From the IMG/VR virus record IMGVR_UViG_3300026980_000004: a stretch of DNA of 64,000 nucleotides, one strand, 5' to 3'. Below, piece after piece: positions 48,881 through 58,665 of this stretch. Source of the stretch: a virus. Lineage: Duplodnaviria; Heunggongvirae; Uroviricota; Caudoviricetes. The position numbers were made by a program, and so were the translations under genes. The notes under the pieces are model-generated. The model made no database searches. It was not told the origin of the DNA and worked only from the letters and a program-made list of their open reading frames with translations. Each line of letters starts with the position of its first letter. The stretch's first letter is position 1.

Positions 48881-49738
48881 TTAAATTTTATTAACTTTGC
48901 TATCACTTAATGAACTTTTATATTTATGATTCCAATCATTAATTTTTTTATCATATTCTTGTTTTAGAATCGCATTCTTATTATTAACATCTTCAACATC
49001 GATTTTATGTTGTGAAATTCTTTTTTGATTTTCTTCAGATACCAAGTTTTTAACTTTAGCTTTAATATAATTTACCTTTTTTTCATAATTCCTATGAACG
49101 TTAGCTAGTTTATTATGGAGTTCATCGTAAAAATCGACTTGGTGGTGTTGTGATATTGTAATAATTGATTTTTCATCTTTCTTTTGTTCAAACCATTCAA
49201 TCGATGGAATATTATGAACTTGAGACCTAAAATTTTCAAGAATTGAATTTTTATGTATGAATTGACCAATATGTGCAGCATGTGCTTCATTATCTAAATA
49301 CTCATTATATTCCTCATCTGTCAATTGATCAAAACCCCACTCTTCATCAACTAATATAAGACTAGGTTCTAATTCGTATTTTGGATTTTCTGGCTTTTCA
49401 ACATTAAAAACAAATTCCTTATCTTTTTCTTCCTCAATTAACTGATCTTTTCTTTTCATAGCATCCATTAAATATGCTTGAAAAGAATGTAATCTAGCCT
49501 TTTCTTCTAATAATTTATCAACATCATATGGTATTTTTTTAGTCTTATATATAATAACGTCACCAAAATATTTATCATATAAACCATATGATTTAAATTT
49601 TTTATTAATGTTTTCAGCTTTTTGATTACACAAATTTGATAATGATTGTGCATCTGACATCGATAGTCCTTCTTTACCTAAATTTCTCATATTTTTTTTA
49701 TTATTTATAATTATTGTGGAAACCCATCTAATTTCCAA
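48881..49738 (-). CDS. coiled-coil protein, hypothetical
   Basis: 285-aa ORF. Confidence 0.4.
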   Translation of the reverse strand: MEIRWVSTIIINNKKNMRNLGKEGLSMSDAQSLSNLCNQKAENINKKFKSYGLYDKYFGDVIIYKTKKIPYDVDKLLEEKARLHSFQAYLMDAMKRKDQLIEEEKDKEFVFNVEKPENPKYELEPSLILVDEEWGFDQLTDEEYNEYLDNEAHAAHIGQFIHKNSILENFRSQVHNIPSIEWFEQKKDEKSIITISQHHQVDFYDELHNKLANVHRNYEKKVNYIKAKVKNLVSEENQKRISQHKIDVEDVNNKNAILKQEYDKKINDWNHKYKSSLSDSKVNKI

Positions 49739-49968
49739 TTTTCATATTCTTCTAAGACTAAATCAATAATTGGTTTAGCATGTTCAAGTATTTTATTATT
49801 TAATTCAACAACCTCTGGAATATCATTACCATTTTCATCCAATGGAATCAAAATAGTACCACCCATTTTATCAATAAAATATGCTTGAATTGCAACTTTT
49901 AATCTGATATCTAATGGTATTTGTTTTAATGATTCTCTAATGTCGAAATTTTCTTCTTTTTTTATCAT
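49711..49968 (-). CDS. hypothetical small protein upstream of the recombinase
   Basis: 85-aa ORF. Confidence 0.3.
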   Translation of the reverse strand: MIKKEENFDIRESLKQIPLDIRLKVAIQAYFIDKMGGTILIPLDENGNDIPEVVELNNKILEHAKPIIDLVLEEYENWKLDGFPQ

Positions 49969-49994
49969 AACGAAACAAAGGTATAATTTATTTT

Positions 49995-50798
49995 TTAAAC
50001 TACCAAATTCACCTTTGACAAAATTTGATTCGAAACATGTGTATAAATTTCTGTTGTTTTATCATTTGAATGTCCTAAAATTTTTTGTATAATTCTTAGG
50101 TCAGTCCCATTTTCTAATAATGCGGTTGCTGATGAATGTCTCAAAGTGTGTATCGAACTTTCATTGTCAATATATTTTTTGTAAATTTTTTGACAACTCC
50201 CTATTGAATATTGTTCATTTTTTTGACCATTGAAAAGATAATTAGTTGGTTTATATTGTTTATAATATAATCTAAGTAATTCTAAAACTGTTTGTGATAG
50301 TGGAACTATCCTATCTTTCCTACCTTTGGCATTTTTAATGTGGATTAACATTTTTTTTGAATCAATATCTTCAATTTTTAGATTTACGACTTCAGAAACT
50401 CTTAAACCAACTGAAAAAGTTACACTTAATATTGATTTGTGTTTAATATTTTCAATTTGAGATAATTTGAATTTTATTAATTCACAATCAATTACTTTAG
50501 GTAATTTCTTTTCTGATCTAGGTCTTTTAAATGACACTTTATCATATTTTTTACCTAAAACTTCTTTATATAAAAATCTAATTGAATTAATTACTTGATT
50601 TTGTTGTGATGTTGATGTGAATTTATAATTATTCAAATAGTGTTTAAAATCATCAGAACTACAATGAATGATTTGCTTATCACCCATGCTATCAATAAAA
50701 TGTTTTATATGTGATATATAATTTTCTTTGGTTCTTGGTGAATAGTTTAGATATATAAACTTTTGTTCACAAATCTTTATAATTTTTTGGTTTTTCAT
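49995..50798 (-). CDS. intI: tyrosine recombinase, putative integron-type integrase
   Basis: C-terminal catalytic region LRHSSATALLENGTDLRIIQKILGHSNDKTTEIYTHV (R..H..R..Y). Divergently oriented next to an attI-like site and a cassette array. Short (267 aa) for a classical IntI. Confidence 0.6.
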   Translation of the reverse strand: MKNQKIIKICEQKFIYLNYSPRTKENYISHIKHFIDSMGDKQIIHCSSDDFKHYLNNYKFTSTSQQNQVINSIRFLYKEVLGKKYDKVSFKRPRSEKKLPKVIDCELIKFKLSQIENIKHKSILSVTFSVGLRVSEVVNLKIEDIDSKKMLIHIKNAKGRKDRIVPLSQTVLELLRLYYKQYKPTNYLFNGQKNEQYSIGSCQKIYKKYIDNESSIHTLRHSSATALLENGTDLRIIQKILGHSNDKTTEIYTHVSNQILSKVNLVV

Positions 50799-50853
50799 GT
50801 TGTAAGATATTGAAAATTAATATATTATGAAAACTTATGTATATATAATAGTT
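50799..50853 (+). other. attI-like recombination site ending in the G|TT crossover triplet
   Basis: Ends in ATATATAATAGTT. The 10 nt GTTGTGGTGC are exactly reverse-complementary to GCACCACAAC at 51108-51117 (R'' of the first attC). Duplicated at 30932-30990. Confidence 0.55.
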
Positions 50854-50861
50854 GTGGTGCA

Positions 50862-51101
50862 TCATAATTCACGTACAGCTACAACAATTCCATTTTTAGG
50901 AGTGCCATCAGAAAAAAGCCCTTCGTGTTCTATTTCTGCAATCATTTTATCACCCCAATGATTATTCTTATAATTCCACAAAGCATCAAACCTATCTTGT
51001 GTAATTCCAACTTTCGGGTGAAACGTATCTTCACTATTTAATGGCTCACAAGTCATTGACTTTTTTCTGCTTAATCCTACTAATTTAAAATCTGATTTCA
51101 T
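50862..51101 (-). CDS. cassette 1 gene (reverse-oriented), hypothetical
   Basis: 79-aa ORF inside the first cassette. Confidence 0.4.
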   Translation of the reverse strand: MKSDFKLVGLSRKKSMTCEPLNSEDTFHPKVGITQDRFDALWNYKNNHWGDKMIAEIEHEGLFSDGTPKNGIVVAVREL

Positions 51102-51107
51102 AATTAA

Positions 51108-51236
51108 CGCACCACAACACAGTATAAAATCAAGCGTGGTTATAGTGTCTTTTTGACCGCTTCGGCTGTTTAAGTAGTTTGTAGCTGGCGGAGAAGTGTT
51201 TGCCGTTCATTCCCCGCCAGCTTTTATACTCGTCCG
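51108..51236 (+). repeat. attC site 1
   Basis: GCACCACAAC...CAGTATAAAATC / GCTTTTATACTCGTCCG|TTAGGC; R' GTTAGGC is the canonical core. Confidence 0.65.
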
Positions 51237-51449
51237 TTAGGCAACATTTTTAACCACTTTACGTATTTTTGTCTTCGCAGTGGTATCATTGTACCTATAT
51301 AAAATATCTTCTATTTCTAATATTTCTTTTTGTGGTAAATTTAAACCAGTTTCAACATACCTACCACTGCTTATACAAGCATCTACAAATTCTTTTAATT
51401 TATCTCTTGTTATCATAATAAAACGTTGCCTAACAAAGTGTATAAGCAA
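51237..51449 (-). CDS. cassette 2 gene (reverse-oriented), hypothetical
   Basis: 70-aa ORF. Confidence 0.4.
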   Translation of the reverse strand: MLIHFVRQRFIMITRDKLKEFVDACISSGRYVETGLNLPQKEILEIEDILYRYNDTTAKTKIRKVVKNVA

Positions 51450-51544
51450 TAGCCGTTAGGCGTTTTAACTATTCCAGTTGTTAATATTTAATTTTGTACT
51501 TCTAATCAAATTCCGTGTTCGGCTACTGCTCATACACTCGTCCG
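51425..51544 (+). repeat. attC site 2
   Basis: GTTGCCTAAC matches the rc of the cassette start TTAGGCAAC. Halves AACAAAGTGTATAAGCAATAGCCG / CGGCTACTGCTCATACACTCGTCCG|TT. Confidence 0.65.
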
Positions 51545-51565
51545 TTGTATGCAATAAAAATTATT

Positions 51566-51734
51566 TAGTACAATTGTGTAACGCATTACTGTAAGCGTTT
51601 TTTGGCGTGTTGCCATAACCAAGTACAATTCTATTTTTATCCCAAGTATCATAAACAACATAACCATTTTTATATCCTAAATTGTGTAGGCAACACTTAG
51701 GGTGTATCTTTTTTAAATTATCTCGTGCTTTCAT
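51566..51734 (-). CDS. cassette 3 gene (reverse-oriented, 56 aa; below the ORF-track cutoff)
   Basis: Translates as MKARDNLKKIHPKCCLHNLGYKNGYVVYDTWDKNRIVLGYGNTPKNAYSNALHNCTK. Confidence 0.3.
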
Positions 51735-51753
51735 AATTTTTACAGTTCGCTAC

Positions 51754-51844
51754 GCCATACAACAAAGTGTATAGCAAATAGCCTATTAATATTCAGTTTT
51801 TAATTCAACGGTCTGTGCTTCGGCTACTTGCCATACACAAGGCG
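51754..51844 (+). repeat. attC site 3 (91 nt)
   Basis: GCCATACAAC...GGCTACTTGCCATACACAAGGCG|TTAGCAG. Confidence 0.6.
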
Positions 51845-51856
51845 TTAGCAGTAATA

Positions 51857-52138
51857 TCATTTTTGTTCGTGAGTAACCCAACCATTTTGTTTTAATTCAG
51901 TTGCGTATTCGTGAATGATTTTATACTGCTCATATTGTTCATCTGTGCAATGATATGAATTGAATTTTTGCAAAAACATTTCATAAACTATCATTTCAAC
52001 AATCTTTGGTATCCCACTATATGCTTCCATAAGTGCTTTATAATTTTTTTCCTGACCAAATGTTTTTGCAAAAAACAAAATGGCATTTTCTACTTGTTCT
52101 TTACTTGCTTTCATATTTTTATATTTATCGTTAAACAA
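51857..52138 (-). CDS. cassette 4 gene (reverse-oriented), hypothetical
   Basis: 93-aa ORF. Confidence 0.4.
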   Translation of the reverse strand: MFNDKYKNMKASKEQVENAILFFAKTFGQEKNYKALMEAYSGIPKIVEMIVYEMFLQKFNSYHCTDEQYEQYKIIHEYATELKQNGWVTHEQK

Positions 52139-52147
52139 AAATGATAC

Positions 52148-52239
52148 ATACTGCTAACAGCGTATATGAGAAGTGGCACAGAAACATTTGTGCTAAATTT
52201 CAACATTCTACAAGTGCCACTTCTCATATACGCAAAACG
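52148..52239 (+). repeat. attC site 4 (92 nt)
   Basis: TACTGCTAAC (rc of cassette start TTAGCAGTA). GCGTATATGAGAAGTGGCAC / GTGCCACTTCTCATATACGCAAAACG|TT. Confidence 0.65.
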
Positions 52240-52250
52240 TTAGTGGCAAT

Positions 52251-52529
52251 TTAGTCATCAGACATACCACTTCTACATTTTATATCTTCCAAATCCCACA
52301 AAAAAAGTAGTGTGTTATTAAAGGTCGCATCATACCAAGGATATTTTGGATGGTCTTTGAATTGTTTTGCGTTCTTCAAAGCTAACTTTTTTTGTTCGGT
52401 ATATTTTTCAATCAAAGCATCAATAAAACTACCACTAACATCAAATAAATCCAATACTTGCTTTAGTGCTTCATCAGCAGTCATTTCTCCATTTTTAACC
52501 TTGTGCTTATAATAATCTGTTGCTTTCAT
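52251..52529 (-). CDS. cassette 5 gene A (reverse-oriented), hypothetical 92-aa helical protein
   Basis: ORF paired with a neighbouring 92-aa ORF in the same cassette (two-gene cassette; possibly a TA-like pair). Confidence 0.4.
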   Translation of the reverse strand: MKATDYYKHKVKNGEMTADEALKQVLDLFDVSGSFIDALIEKYTEQKKLALKNAKQFKDHPKYPWYDATFNNTLLFLWDLEDIKCRSGMSDD

Positions 52530-52569
52530 AACCGTACTGTATTTATTTGCATTCCGTTGTAGGTAATAG

Positions 52570-52848
52570 CTATTCAGGGTTCAGTTCTCTAAATAACTTA
52601 TATATGTTTTCGGGCTTTGTGAATAAGTCATTAACCCCAGTCAGCACTCTAACAACTGTGTATAATGCTCGTAGGTAGTCGCTATTATCATTGAAGTAAA
52701 TTGCGGAAACTGCTGCATTTAGTGCTTCCTTACTTGCATCGCTACTACCTACAACACCAAATAAAACCAATAGCCTGTCTTTTGCTTCTTGCTTGCTTAT
52801 TTCGTGTTTACAAAGTTCATCTATAATTGAGTCTATTTTCTTTTCCAT
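52570..52848 (-). CDS. cassette 5 gene B (reverse-oriented); start trimmed to the internal Met MEKKIDSIIDEL
   Basis: The upstream part of ORF-track entry 52570-52935 is low-complexity and overlaps a + strand gene. Confidence 0.35.
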   Translation of the reverse strand: MEKKIDSIIDELCKHEISKQEAKDRLLVLFGVVGSSDASKEALNAAVSAIYFNDNSDYLRALYTVVRVLTGVNDLFTKPENIYKLFRELNPE

Positions 52849-52875
52849 ACGGCTACTGTTTTTATTTGTGGAACG
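52849..52875 (+). repeat. degenerate/truncated attC 5 retaining only the R' end (AACG|TTGTGGGTAATATT)
   Basis: GTTGTGGGTA is reverse-complementary to TACCCACAAC at 53402-53411. Confidence 0.4.
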
Positions 52876-52930
52876 TTGTGGGTAATATTGAAAAACTGAA
52901 ATTGAAAAGAATTGATTGGATATTATTATT

Positions 52931-53396
52931 GGCATACATCGGAATCCACATAGTTATCGGATTGATTTATGTGCTAAATCTTTATGACCGAGAATGGATT
53001 CAGGATTTCTATTTTGTAATTCCATTTATTTATGTGTTTTTGATATTTGACATTTATCATAAACGATTTTGGAATAACAGAATTCTGATGATTTGGGGAA
53101 TTATCGGAGTAATTCAATTAGTCATTTATTATAACTATAGTGATTTACCTGAAATTCAAACCATGAATGGAAATGATTTGATTTGGTTAAAAGCATTGCC
53201 TTTGACAATCCTGACCTCTTATATCTTAAATTTGATTAATAAAAAAGTTTATGGAGATAACTTTATAGTAACCGCATTTCGACTAGACCCGAAACGGATT
53301 GACCAAAAAGACGGAAGAAAGTTGAGACCAGCTGACTATATTTTCTCTGTAAGCGGATTTATGATTATAATATTTGGAACAGTATTTACGAATTAA
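52931..53396 (+). CDS. cassette 6 gene: multi-TM membrane protein (start uncertain; TTG at 52931 or a later Met)
   Basis: ORF 52827-53396 in the track overlaps the opposite-strand gene; hydrophobic throughout. Confidence 0.35.
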
Positions 53397-53400
53397 AATA

Positions 53401-53579
53401 CTACCCACAACAATGGCTATAGTTCATTGCTACTCTCCTGCTTCAATTTAAAATTTTTCTTACTTTTAATACTTAAACATAAAGAGGAATGATTTCGTTA
53501 CGCTGTTTGCTTCGCACGTGTGGAAAAAACTAGCAACGCTTCGCAAACCGCCAACCGCAACGAAACCATAGCCCAAACC
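53401..53579 (+). repeat. attC site 6 (179 nt; near-identical to attC 8)
   Basis: ACCCACAACAATGGCTATAGTTCATTGC ... GCAACGAAACCATAGCCCAAACCG|TTGCCAG. Confidence 0.65.
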
Positions 53580-53626
53580 GTTGCCAGTAATTTAACCGAA
53601 CTAAAAAGCATTAATATATTGATTAA

Positions 53627-54400
53627 ATGAAAAGCCAAATTTTAGTTTATTTTCTTTCAATCTTCATACTCTTTTCTTGTAAAAACAAAGACAATGAATT
53701 GACCGAAATGAATTCATTTTTACAAGCTAATTTTGAATTCAACAACCGAACTCTGAATAAGAATAAAGGAGATTATTATAGAATAATTGAGGAGATGCCT
53801 TCTCGAGAAATTGAAAAACTGAATGAATTGGATTCAAGATTTGAATCGTTAATTTTTGCAATTGATAGAGCAATCAAGAATAAAGAAAAAAATCTGGAAA
53901 ACATTATTGCGGAATCCAACGAAATTCTAAATGAGGTTCCGAAAATTGTAGACAATAGAAAAGACTATTTATTACCAGAATTTAAACAGCCGAAAACTGA
54001 CTCTAAAGATTTAAGTCTAAAATACATAAAGAATAGACTTGTAATTGCAATGGCTTATGCATTTGAATATGCGAGCCGACAAACTTATTCTGTTGATGGA
54101 TTGTATAAAGTTGACATAGACAGTATAATCTCAAGAAAAACAGACAGCGGAATTAAACTTACCTTGACTTCAAGGTTTGGACAACCAATAAAAGAAAACA
54201 GACACATTTTGATTAATAAAATCGAACTCAATGGAAAAGAACAAAAAATTGATTTTGAACTTAAAGATAATTACTCTTTTGCGGACATTGAATTAGATTC
54301 ATTACAATCTGGAATTTATAAAATGAACGGAATTTTACGTTTTTATCATAGAGAACAAAAATTTGACATACCGTTCGAAAAGGAATTTAAAGTGGAATAA
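53627..54400 (+). CDS. cassette 7 gene: lipoprotein (Bacteroidetes-type lipobox LFSC)
   Basis: Signal peptide MKSQILVYFLSIFILFSCKNK. Confidence 0.5.
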   Translation: MKSQILVYFLSIFILFSCKNKDNELTEMNSFLQANFEFNNRTLNKNKGDYYRIIEEMPSREIEKLNELDSRFESLIFAIDRAIKNKEKNLENIIAESNEILNEVPKIVDNRKDYLLPEFKQPKTDSKDLSLKYIKNRLVIAMAYAFEYASRQTYSVDGLYKVDIDSIISRKTDSGIKLTLTSRFGQPIKENRHILINKIELNGKEQKIDFELKDNYSFADIELDSLQSGIYKMNGILRFYHREQKFDIPFEKEFKVE

Positions 54401-54403
54401 AAA

Positions 54404-54530
54404 CTACTGGCAACAACGTGTATAGCTCATTGCGGCTGAATTCCTAATCGGAATTCATTGCAATTTGCTATCTTTGGTACACGGCGGAAAATCCTCGCGG
54501 ATTTCCCGCAACGAGCCATACACAAGACCG
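54404..54530 (+). repeat. attC site 7
   Basis: TACTGGCAAC (rc of the preceding GTTGCCAGTA). GGCAACAACGTGTATAGCTCATTGCGG / CCGCAACGAGCCATACACAAGACCG|TTGGC. Confidence 0.7.
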
Positions 54531-54547
54531 TTGGCATTAATTTTAGA

Positions 54548-55183
54548 ATGACAGAATACAGAATAAAAGTTATTAAACAGAAGAGACTATTGATTTCTAT
54601 TTTCCTGGTGTCGATAATCTTCCCTTTTTGTTTTCTGATTCCAACTCAATTTGACTTAATTATCTGGAAAATAACTGTTCCAATTTTGACAGTTGGAATT
54701 CTTGGGATTCTAATGTTTTATTTCACTGTTGGACAATTAAGAATAACACTTAAAAATAGAAAACTCGATTTTCAATGGAAACGAAAACCAATATTGAATT
54801 TCAAAGAATATAACTCAATCGGAATTGATGAAATCACAACTATAATAGTTGAACAAGGAATATTTTTACGGAAATTAAAAACAGAAAACTCTGAAATCGA
54901 ACTTGGTGGAATAAAATCCAAAAATGCGGATTCATTAAAATTGCTGAATTTATTAAAGTCAGAGACAAGTGTTAAACCAAAAGATAGTTGGGACGTTTGG
55001 AAAGAGCGTGGTTGGTTGAAAATCGCATATCAAATTAACCTTTTAATTTTAATTATAGCAACTGGCATAGTAATTACATTTATCATTCTAAAAGGATTTG
55101 ACTCAAAGCTATTGTTGTTTATTCCGTTAGTTTTAAGCCAACTATTTTTTAGCCATTTACAAATGAAAGACAAACTGAAATAA
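54548..55183 (+). CDS. cassette 8 gene: multi-TM membrane protein (start trimmed to ATG outside the attC)
   Basis: MTEYRIKV...; several hydrophobic helices. Confidence 0.5.
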   Translation: MTEYRIKVIKQKRLLISIFLVSIIFPFCFLIPTQFDLIIWKITVPILTVGILGILMFYFTVGQLRITLKNRKLDFQWKRKPILNFKEYNSIGIDEITTIIVEQGIFLRKLKTENSEIELGGIKSKNADSLKLLNLLKSETSVKPKDSWDVWKERGWLKIAYQINLLILIIATGIVITFIILKGFDSKLLLFIPLVLSQLFFSHLQMKDKLK

Positions 55184-55188
55184 AAAAC

Positions 55189-55367
55189 TAATGCCAACAC
55201 TGGCTATAGTTCATTGCTACTCTCCTGCTTCAATTTAAAATTTTTCTTACTTTTAATACTTAAACATCAAGGGGAATGATTTCGTTACGCTGTTTGCTTC
55301 GCACGTGTGGAAAAAACTAGCAACGCTTCGCAAACCGCAAACCGCAACGAAACCATAGCCCAAACCG
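55189..55367 (+). repeat. attC site 8 (179 nt)
   Basis: TAATGCCAAC is the rc of GTTGGCATTA at the cassette start; over 90% identical to attC 6. Confidence 0.7.
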
Positions 55368-55392
55368 TTGGGCACCATATAAAAATTTAGAA

Positions 55393-55878
55393 TTGACCGA
55401 TAAAGTACCTTCATATCCCTCAGAATTATCTAATGAAAGACTTGCCGAAATCAAAAAGGAGATTAATGGAGATATTCGGATTTATCTCAAGAATTGTTCA
55501 GAAAACTATCTTGAATACATAAATGCTGCTCAAAAGCTATTTCCAGAAGTTTATGAACGAATGAAAAAGTTTGACTCGGAATTCGATATGACTGCATACT
55601 TATCAGAACTGGACGAAGCAAAAAAGTCAAAAGATGTAGGAACGGAATATGGACTTTTAAAAAATGGAGTGGAAATGAGAATTTATACACCTGCTACTTA
55701 CCATAGGTTAGCCATGCTTCATGAAAAAAATGGACGCTTGGAAAAAGCAAGAGATGTTTGTCTGACTTGGTTTGAAACTGACTTTTGGAAGTTGCCTAAT
55801 ACTTGGAAAGGTAGTTTAAGAATTTTGGACAGACTGGAAAAAATTGAAAAAAAATACGGTGCCCAACACCGGCTATAG
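55393..55878 (+). CDS. cassette 9 gene: hypothetical soluble protein (TTG start)
   Basis: 161-aa ORF. Confidence 0.45.
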   Translation: MTDKVPSYPSELSNERLAEIKKEINGDIRIYLKNCSENYLEYINAAQKLFPEVYERMKKFDSEFDMTAYLSELDEAKKSKDVGTEYGLLKNGVEMRIYTPATYHRLAMLHEKNGRLEKARDVCLTWFETDFWKLPNTWKGSLRILDRLEKIEKKYGAQHRL

Positions 55879-55987
55879 TTCATTGCGGCGGAATTTCCTC
55901 TCGGAAATTCCTGCGTATTTGCTAACTTTGGTTTACGGCGGAATAGTTCTGCCGAACCATTCCGCAACGAAACCATAGCCCAAACCG
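55858..55987 (+). repeat. attC site 9
   Basis: GGTGCCCAAC is the rc of GTTGGGCACC. Confidence 0.7.
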
Positions 55988-56003
55988 TTGGCGTTAATTT
56001 AAA

Positions 56004-56435
56004 ATGAATTACATAAAGACTAACATATTGCTATTTATAATGTTCATTCCGTTCATCAATTTTGGACAGGAAAAGGACGGAGAATGTGTGGAATATGAAC
56101 CGATTGAAATGTACAATTTGAGAATAGCAATAATTGAAAAACAGAATTTAGACGTTTGGCCAAGTATTGTGGAAATTAAAAATCTAACGGAATTAAATAC
56201 TAAAAGAAAAGACTCTCTGATTTTATTCATTGCCGAAACCGATAACGGAGACAAATTACGAATGACAAATTCTTCGGACTTGAGCAAGTTTGCGGAAATG
56301 GAATATAAGAATGATTGCAGACAAGATGGGACGATATTGACCGACTTAAAACTTGGGAAAATTAATCTGACTGAAATGAAAGCGGAAATATTTTGTCGGA
56401 AAGAAAAATACGCTGAACTGAAAATAAAAAACTAA
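56004..56435 (+). CDS. cassette 10 gene: secreted protein (signal peptide)
   Basis: 143-aa ORF with N-terminal hydrophobic leader. Confidence 0.45.
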   Translation: MNYIKTNILLFIMFIPFINFGQEKDGECVEYEPIEMYNLRIAIIEKQNLDVWPSIVEIKNLTELNTKRKDSLILFIAETDNGDKLRMTNSSDLSKFAEMEYKNDCRQDGTILTDLKLGKINLTEMKAEIFCRKEKYAELKIKN

Positions 56436-56617
56436 CGCCAACAATAGCTATAAGTAATGCGGAAAGTCTGGGCAAAATCGAAGGTTTAGGCTTGTTTTCT
56501 CGCTCGCAATTTATATATTTATCGGATGAAATTAATAAATTAAAAATTGCTCGCTTGGGGTCGTGTTGAATTGAAAGGTTTTGTCTTTTTTAGTCCGCAC
56601 TACTCATAGCCAAACCG
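56433..56617 (+). repeat. attC site 10 (185 nt)
   Basis: TAACGCCAAC is the rc of GTTGGCGTTA. Confidence 0.65.
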
Positions 56618-56628
56618 TTGGCAACAAT

Positions 56629-57144
56629 ATGAAAATCAACGCAGATTCCTACATAACAAATAGTCTTGTTTACCGATTGAGTAATTACTCATACGGAATA
56701 GGAATTTTATTGACTTTAATACTGCTGACTTTTTATTGGACAGATAAAAACAATCCTGAAATAGGAACTATATTCTTGATATTCGGGATTCTAATATTTT
56801 TATCACTCATAATAGGACGAATCGCTCGAATTGTTTCGGGCGGATATTTTTGGCATCATATCAAAAATGACTTTAAGATAAATCAAGACTCTATCGAATT
56901 AGAAAATGAACGATATGAATTCGATAAAATAAAATTGCTCAAGTTTAACATAACGGATTATGAAAAACGAAAACCGTTCTTATATCAACATATTCTAAAA
57001 GACACACGGAATATGATAAAATTTGTGACTGATGAAAATATTATTCAGGTACATTTCAAACCCGAAAATGAATCTGAAAATGAATATTTGACTGAATTAA
57101 AAAAAATGTGGAATGCTAAAAATACTGTTGCCAACAATGTATAA
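56629..57144 (+). CDS. cassette 11 gene: membrane protein (start trimmed to the Met outside the attC)
   Basis: MKINADSYITN...; two TM helices. Confidence 0.45.
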   Translation: MKINADSYITNSLVYRLSNYSYGIGILLTLILLTFYWTDKNNPEIGTIFLIFGILIFLSLIIGRIARIVSGGYFWHHIKNDFKINQDSIELENERYEFDKIKLLKFNITDYEKRKPFLYQHILKDTRNMIKFVTDENIIQVHFKPENESENEYLTELKKMWNAKNTVANNV

Positions 57145-57255
57145 CCGCAATTACGGTGGATTCGACTACGTCCGAATCCACTCGGAATTGCTAACGTCAG
57201 TTCTAAACCTAAAATTTACGCATATTAACCCGTAACTGACGGTTATACGAGACCG
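57126..57255 (+). repeat. attC site 11
   Basis: TGTTGCCAAC is the rc of GTTGGCAACA. Confidence 0.7.
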
Positions 57256-57270
57256 TTGCCAAACATTTGA

Positions 57271-57858
57271 ATGAAAATAGTCGGTACAAATATAAATTTC
57301 GTTTTACTCGACATAAATAGCGTAAAAGAAAAGAATGAATTAATTCTGACCTTGACCAACATCAGTTATTTACCGAGAGAGTTAAAGCCAAATGAATATA
57401 AAAAATTCAAGCTGACTGTTTATGGAATCGAACAATTGGAATTAGCAAAAGAGTCGATTTCGGAATTTCTAAATGACTACGTAGACATTGAACAAACCGA
57501 AAACAAAACCCTTGAATTCTGGAGTGACCAACACAAAATTGGAGAATTTGGTTTTGAAAAATTCAAAGAAGAAGTTGCGGAATTGGACAAAGCCGATTGG
57601 ATAGAAAACTATAAACAAGCATTGAAAATATATTATCGAGATTATGACCAACAGATAAAACTATCTCGATTAGAAAATGAGTTTTTAAGTAAGTTAGAGA
57701 ATCTGATAAAAGACGAGGTTAGGAAATCGGACAAAAAACTGGAATTCTTTAATGAAAACAGTTCAAAATCTGAATCAATAACTGACAAACTAAATCTCTT
57801 AAAAAGATTGGATAATATTAAAACGGAGTATCTGACAAAGTGCAAAAACGTGGAATAA
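57271..57858 (+). CDS. cassette 12 gene: hypothetical protein
   Basis: 195-aa ORF. Confidence 0.45.
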   Translation: MKIVGTNINFVLLDINSVKEKNELILTLTNISYLPRELKPNEYKKFKLTVYGIEQLELAKESISEFLNDYVDIEQTENKTLEFWSDQHKIGEFGFEKFKEEVAELDKADWIENYKQALKIYYRDYDQQIKLSRLENEFLSKLENLIKDEVRKSDKKLEFFNENSSKSESITDKLNLLKRLDNIKTEYLTKCKNVE

Positions 57859-57866
57859 AAAAACGT

Positions 57867-57994
57867 TTGGCAACAATGTATAACCGCAATTACGGCGGAT
57901 TCGACTACGTCCGAATCCACTCGGAATTGCGAGCGCCAGTCCTTAACCGAAAAACATTAACTTTAAACCCGTAACTGACGGTTATACTAGACCG
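57867..57994 (+). repeat. attC site 12 (about 90% identical to attC 11)
   Basis: TTTGGCAAC is the rc of GTTGCCAAA. Confidence 0.7.
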
Positions 57995-58006
57995 TTGTAA
58001 ACAATT

Positions 58007-58507
58007 ATGAAAAAAATCCTGACTTTAATTCTGATTTCAGTTTTTATAGGTAGTTGCAAGACTTCCGAAAGAAAACCAAAATCGAATGCGGACGAATTAC
58101 AACAGCGGATTTTAGGAAACGTAATGGGATTAAATCGATTGGAACTAACCGCAAGTTTTGACGAATGCGGAGAATGGGGCGGACACGATGAGAAATTTGA
58201 TATTTATCGTGAAAATAAAATACTCTTTGCGGAATACGTTGAGGATATTGTTGACTGCAAAGACCCTTATTCAGAAAACAGAAAAATAGCGGAACGGAAA
58301 ACTTTACGGCTGAATGAAACGCACGAAAAAGCTATCGTGAAATATCTGAATTCTTTACTGGAAATTGGATTAAAAATGGAATTACCCTATCACGCTGGAA
58401 CTCATTATAGTGCTGTAATGAATGACTCAACTATGATATTAAAGTATCACTCTGTGAAAAGCAGTTGGAATGAATACGAAAAACTAAAAGCTGAATTATT
58501 AAAATAA
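58007..58507 (+). CDS. cassette 13 gene: lipoprotein (lipobox FIGSC); cassette duplicated at 63880 onward
   Basis: MKKILTLILISVFIGSCKT signal. Confidence 0.5.
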   Translation: MKKILTLILISVFIGSCKTSERKPKSNADELQQRILGNVMGLNRLELTASFDECGEWGGHDEKFDIYRENKILFAEYVEDIVDCKDPYSENRKIAERKTLRLNETHEKAIVKYLNSLLEIGLKMELPYHAGTHYSAVMNDSTMILKYHSVKSSWNEYEKLKAELLK

Positions 58508-58509
58508 CT

Positions 58510-58640
58510 GTTTACAACAACGGCTATAGTTCATTACGGCTGAAATTCCTAATCGGAATTTCGAGCCTTTTTGCTAAATTTATGGTTACGGCGGAATGAT
58601 ACTCGCGTACCATTCCGTAACGAAACCATAGCCAAAACCG
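58510..58640 (+). repeat. attC site 13
   Basis: TTTACAAC is the rc of GTTGTAAA. Confidence 0.7.
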
Positions 58641-58665
58641 TTAGCTGTAATTTAAACCAAACTTT

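Noticed and set aside
50862-53600. Two back-to-back cassette arrays diverging from about 52900 (because ORFs switch strand there)
   Set aside because: The G|TT complementarity chain runs continuously from the attI at 50853 through to 64000, so a single array with reverse-oriented genes in its first cassettes explains the data better. attC strand orientation cannot be fixed from core sites alone, so this is not fully certain.
54458-56628. ORF-track starts at 54458 and 56581 for cassette genes
   Set aside because: The first 30 and 16 codons run through the upstream attC palindromes; starts were trimmed to 54548 and 56629.
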